A DNA stretch of 64,000 nucleotides. It comes from an uncultured delta proteobacterium. GTDB taxonomy: Bacteria > Desulfobacterota > Binatia > UBA9968. Numbering within the stretch: position 1 is the first letter of the stretch; each line of letters opens with the position of its first letter. Location of the stretch: assembly GCA_963804165.1 (NCBI GenBank), contig CAWDPO010000036.1, positions 58,682 to 122,681 of the forward strand. Reading direction: 5' to 3'. The notes below the pieces were generated by a model, which searched no databases, was not told the origin of the DNA, and saw nothing but the letters and a program-made list of their open reading frames with translations. A program made the position numbers and the translations under genes. Shown one piece after another: positions 60,626 through 64,000 of the stretch.

Positions 60626-61050
60626 ATTGATAGGGCTTTTCACTCAGGCTCGCGCGAGTCGTTTGGCAGAACTGGTCAATGAGGGCTGCGAGTTCGTCCG
60701 GCAGGCACGGCTTCGTAATGACGGCATCGAAGCCATCGAAAGATTGCGGCTTCGCGCTCGTTATCGAGAGCGTGTGCGGTAAAGGCCACGATAGGCACCT
60801 CGGCGAATTCCGGTTCGCCCAGGATGTGCGTATCGTCTCCCCGCCCGACATCCCTAACATGCGGAGGTCCATCAGGATCAGCGCCGGCCGATCCGGCAAG
60901 CGCGCGATTGCTCAGGGCCTCAGGGCCAGAACTGGCGGTACTGTTCCGGTACCGTGGAACCCTCAGTAGTCGGTGTACAAACTCGCGCGCATCATCGAAG
61001 TCATCCACGAGCAGAACCAAAGGCGAGGCGGGAATCGATGACACGAGCTG
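60626..61050 (-). pseudogene. Single-domain response regulator receiver, multiply frameshifted
   Basis: Fragments VLLVDD, LILMDLRM, PIVAFTAHA, VITKPCLPDEL; limits approximate. Confidence 0.75.
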
Positions 61051-61206
61051 AAGCTTATCCGACTCAGCCGTTGAAGACAAGTACGAGGATGGTATCGACT
61101 GAAGAATCTGTCACCGGTCACGAAGGGCGGATCGGCAATGCGTCATCCTCGCTGGCGGATTGACGGCAATTGGACCATCGTTATAGTTGTGGAAGAGGAA
61201 GGCACG

Positions 61207-64000
61207 ATGATCGGAGCAGCGGCGGACGAAGCGTTGGCACGTAGCTGCGACGCGCCGGCTGGCGTGGAGCCAAAGGAGAGTGCGCGCCTGCATGCCCTGC
61301 GCAGATACGCCATCCTCAATTCCCCGCCCGATGCCATTTTCGATCGCGTCATCGCGGTGGCGGCGCGCCTGCTGGCGACGCCGATCGCTTTGATCTCGCT
61401 CGTGGATCACGAGCGGCAGTGGTTCAAGTCGTGCCATGGCGTGGAGCTGCAAGAAACGCTCCGGACCGGCTCGATGTGCGGCCTCGCGCTGCTCGGCGAG
61501 GCGGTGCTGGAGATTCCGGATGCGCGCGCGGATCCGCGCTTTGCCGACAGCCCCCTGGTCACGGGACCGCCGCACATCCGCTTTTACGCGGGCGCGCCGC
61601 TGACCACCGAGGACGGTCACAACATCGGCGTGCTGTGCGTGATCGACCGCACGCCAAGAAGCCTGTCCCCCGAGCAAAGGCTCCTGCTGCTCGATCTCGC
61701 CCACATCGTGGTCGAGCTCATCCGGCTGCACTCGTTCAGTCTGGATCTGCGCAACGAGATCGCCGAGCGCGAGCGCACCGAGCAGGCGCTGCGCGCGAGC
61801 GAGCAGCGCTTTCGCGATTTCGCCGCGACTACCTCCGACTGGTTCTGGGAGATGGACGCCGAGCTGCGCTTTTCCTGGTTCTCGGACCGCTACCAGCACC
61901 AGACCGGGGAGGACGTGAGCACGCGCCTGGGCAAGCGCCGCGACGAGGTCGGGTTGCACGACCCCGGCGACGACGACTGGCATGGCCATCTCGCCGACCT
62001 CGCGGCGCGCCGCCCGTTTCGGGACTTCGTCTACGCGTACAAGGATCGTGACGGCGTCCGCCGGTTCGCCTCGACCAGCGGTAAGCCGATCTTCGATTCA
62101 TCGGGACGGTTTTGCGGCTATCGGGGTTCTGCCCGCGACGTCACCGCGCGCCGTCAGGCCGAGCAGGCGCTGCGGGAAAGCGAGGAACGCTACCGCCGGC
62201 TGGTCGAGGCTTCGCCCGACGGCATCATCATTGTACAGCGCGGTCGCATCACCTTCGCCAATGCGCGCGCCGTTGACCTTCTCGGTGCCGCCGACCAGAC
62301 GGCGCTGCTTGGCCAAGCCGCGCTGCGCTTCACCCTGCCGACGCTGCGCACCTGAGCTCAGGGCGCGCGCCGGACGCCTGCTCAAGGGCAGCGAGATCGA
62401 GACGATCGAGACCGTCGTGCGCTGCCTCGACGGCACTCTGATCGAGGTCGAAGCCTTCGCCACGCTGGTTTCGATCGGCGGCATCGACAGCGTGCAGCTG
62501 GTCCTGCGCGACATTTCAGCCCGCAAGCGCGCCGAGGCCGAGCGGGCGCGGCTCGCGGCGGTGCTCGAAGCGACCTCCGACATGGTCGCCATGTGCACGC
62601 CGGAGTATCGTGCCGTCTATCTGAACCAGGCCGGCCGGCGCATGCTCGGCGTCGAGCCCGAGGGGCCGACTCGTGTTGCGCTCGGCGGCGCAAATCCACC
62701 CCGCCTGGGCATGGCGCAAGATCACCGAGGAGGCCGTGCCGGAAGCGCTGTCGTGCGGCAGCTGGCATGGCGAGACGGCGCTCACCGGTGCGGACGGCCA
62801 GGAGATTCCGGTATCCCAGGTCGTGCTCGCGCATCGGGATCGGAGCGGCGCGCTCGCGTTTCTTTCGACGATCGCGCGCGACATCACCGAGCGCAAGCGC
62901 ACCGAGGAGCAGATCCGCCATCTGGCGCACCACGATCCGCTCACGGGCCTGCCGAACCGTCGGCTGTTCAAGGATCGACTCGAGCAGGCGGTCGCGCTTG
63001 CCCTGCGCGAGCCCCATCAGGTCGGCGTGATGATCGTCGATCTCGACTACTTCAAGGAGGTCAACGACACGCTCGGCCATTCGACGGGTGACGCCTTGCT
63101 CGGCGCGGTCGCCGCGCGCGTGCGCGACATGGTCCGGGCGAGCGATACGCTGGCCCGGATCGGCGGCGACGAGTTTGCCGTGATCCAGCGCGGCCTGCAC
63201 GGCTCGAGCGGCGCGGCGGTGCTCGCGCAGAAGATCATCGAGCGGTCACCAAGCCGTTCGTGCTCGGCCATCAGGAGATCCACCTGAGCGCCAGCATCGG
63301 CATCGCGCTGGCGCCCGCGGACGGCGGGGATCATGATCAGCTGCTCCGGCGCGCCGATCTGGCCCTGTATCGCGCCAAGAAGGACGGCCGCGGCTGCTGG
63401 CGGTTCTTCGACGAGTCGATGCAGCGCGAAGTGATGCTGCGGCGGACCCTGGAGCGCGACCTTCGACAGGCGCTGCAGCGCAACGAGCTGGGGGTCGTCT
63501 ATCAGCCGCAGCTCGACCCGCGGACCAATCGCATCGTGAGTGCCGAAGCGCTGTTGCGCTGGCGCCATCCCGATCGCGGCATGATCCCGCCCGGGGAGTT
63601 CATTCCCGTGGCCGAGACCTCCGGCCTGATCCGGCCCCTTGGCCAATGGATCCTGGACGAGGCCTGTCAACAGGCCAGCACCTGGGCGCAAGCCGGCCAT
63701 CCGTTACGGGTCGCAGTCAACCTGTCGCCGGCGGAAATGCGCGGCGACGAGACTCCTGACCACGATCGATCAGGTTCTCCGCCGCCATGGCTTGCCGCCG
63801 GCCTTGCTGGAGCTCGAGATCACCGAGCGTCTGTTCATGGAGCCGTCCGACAGCGCGGTCAGCGCCTGCGTGCGCGGGCTCGCCCATCGCGGCATCCCCC
63901 TCGCGATCGACGACTTCGGTACCGGCTACAGCTCGCTGCGTATCTACGCGCCTGCCCGTATCCAAGATCAAGATCGACAAGGCCTTCGTCCAGGGGATCG
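61207..64000 (+). CDS. GAF-PAS(x3)-GGDEF-EAL diguanylate cyclase/phosphodiesterase, frameshifted, runs off the window end
   Basis: PHIRFYAGAPL (GAF), SDWFWEMD (PAS), HDPLTGLPNR, ARIGGDEF, YQPQ..AEALLRW, LEITE, IDDFGTGYSSL. Confidence 0.9.

Overview
Bacterial chromosomal window, probably from an unpolished long-read (meta)genome assembly. ORFs are clean up to a 183-nt poly-A run at 22849-23031, and many later genes carry 1-nt frameshifts. The gene style (many NitT/TauT-type binding proteins, amidohydrolases, cupins, an LLM oxidoreductase, UbiD, dense intergenic palindromes) resembles Candidatus Binatia; this is inference only. The window holds an Rrf2-led sulfate-assimilation/siroheme operon with a cysN remnant, eight NitT/TauT-type binding proteins with no permease or ATPase, a peptide ABC module without ATPase, and many catabolic enzymes, three of which carry unexpected export signals. 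Mobile content is a RAYT flanked by its GTAG REPs, an IS1182-family element (IRs plus 5-bp TSD) inserted into a multi-layer nested palindrome, and a 59-bp attC-like site behind a GIY-YIG/DUF4357 gene. A three-hairpin sRNA candidate with a perfect anti-Shine-Dalgarno loop lies next to a 41-aa small ORF. The last ~4.5 kb is GC-richer (receiver protein, GAF-PAS-GGDEF-EAL) and may be foreign or chimeric. No rRNA, tRNA or CRISPR array was seen. All family calls come from motif recognition, not database searches.
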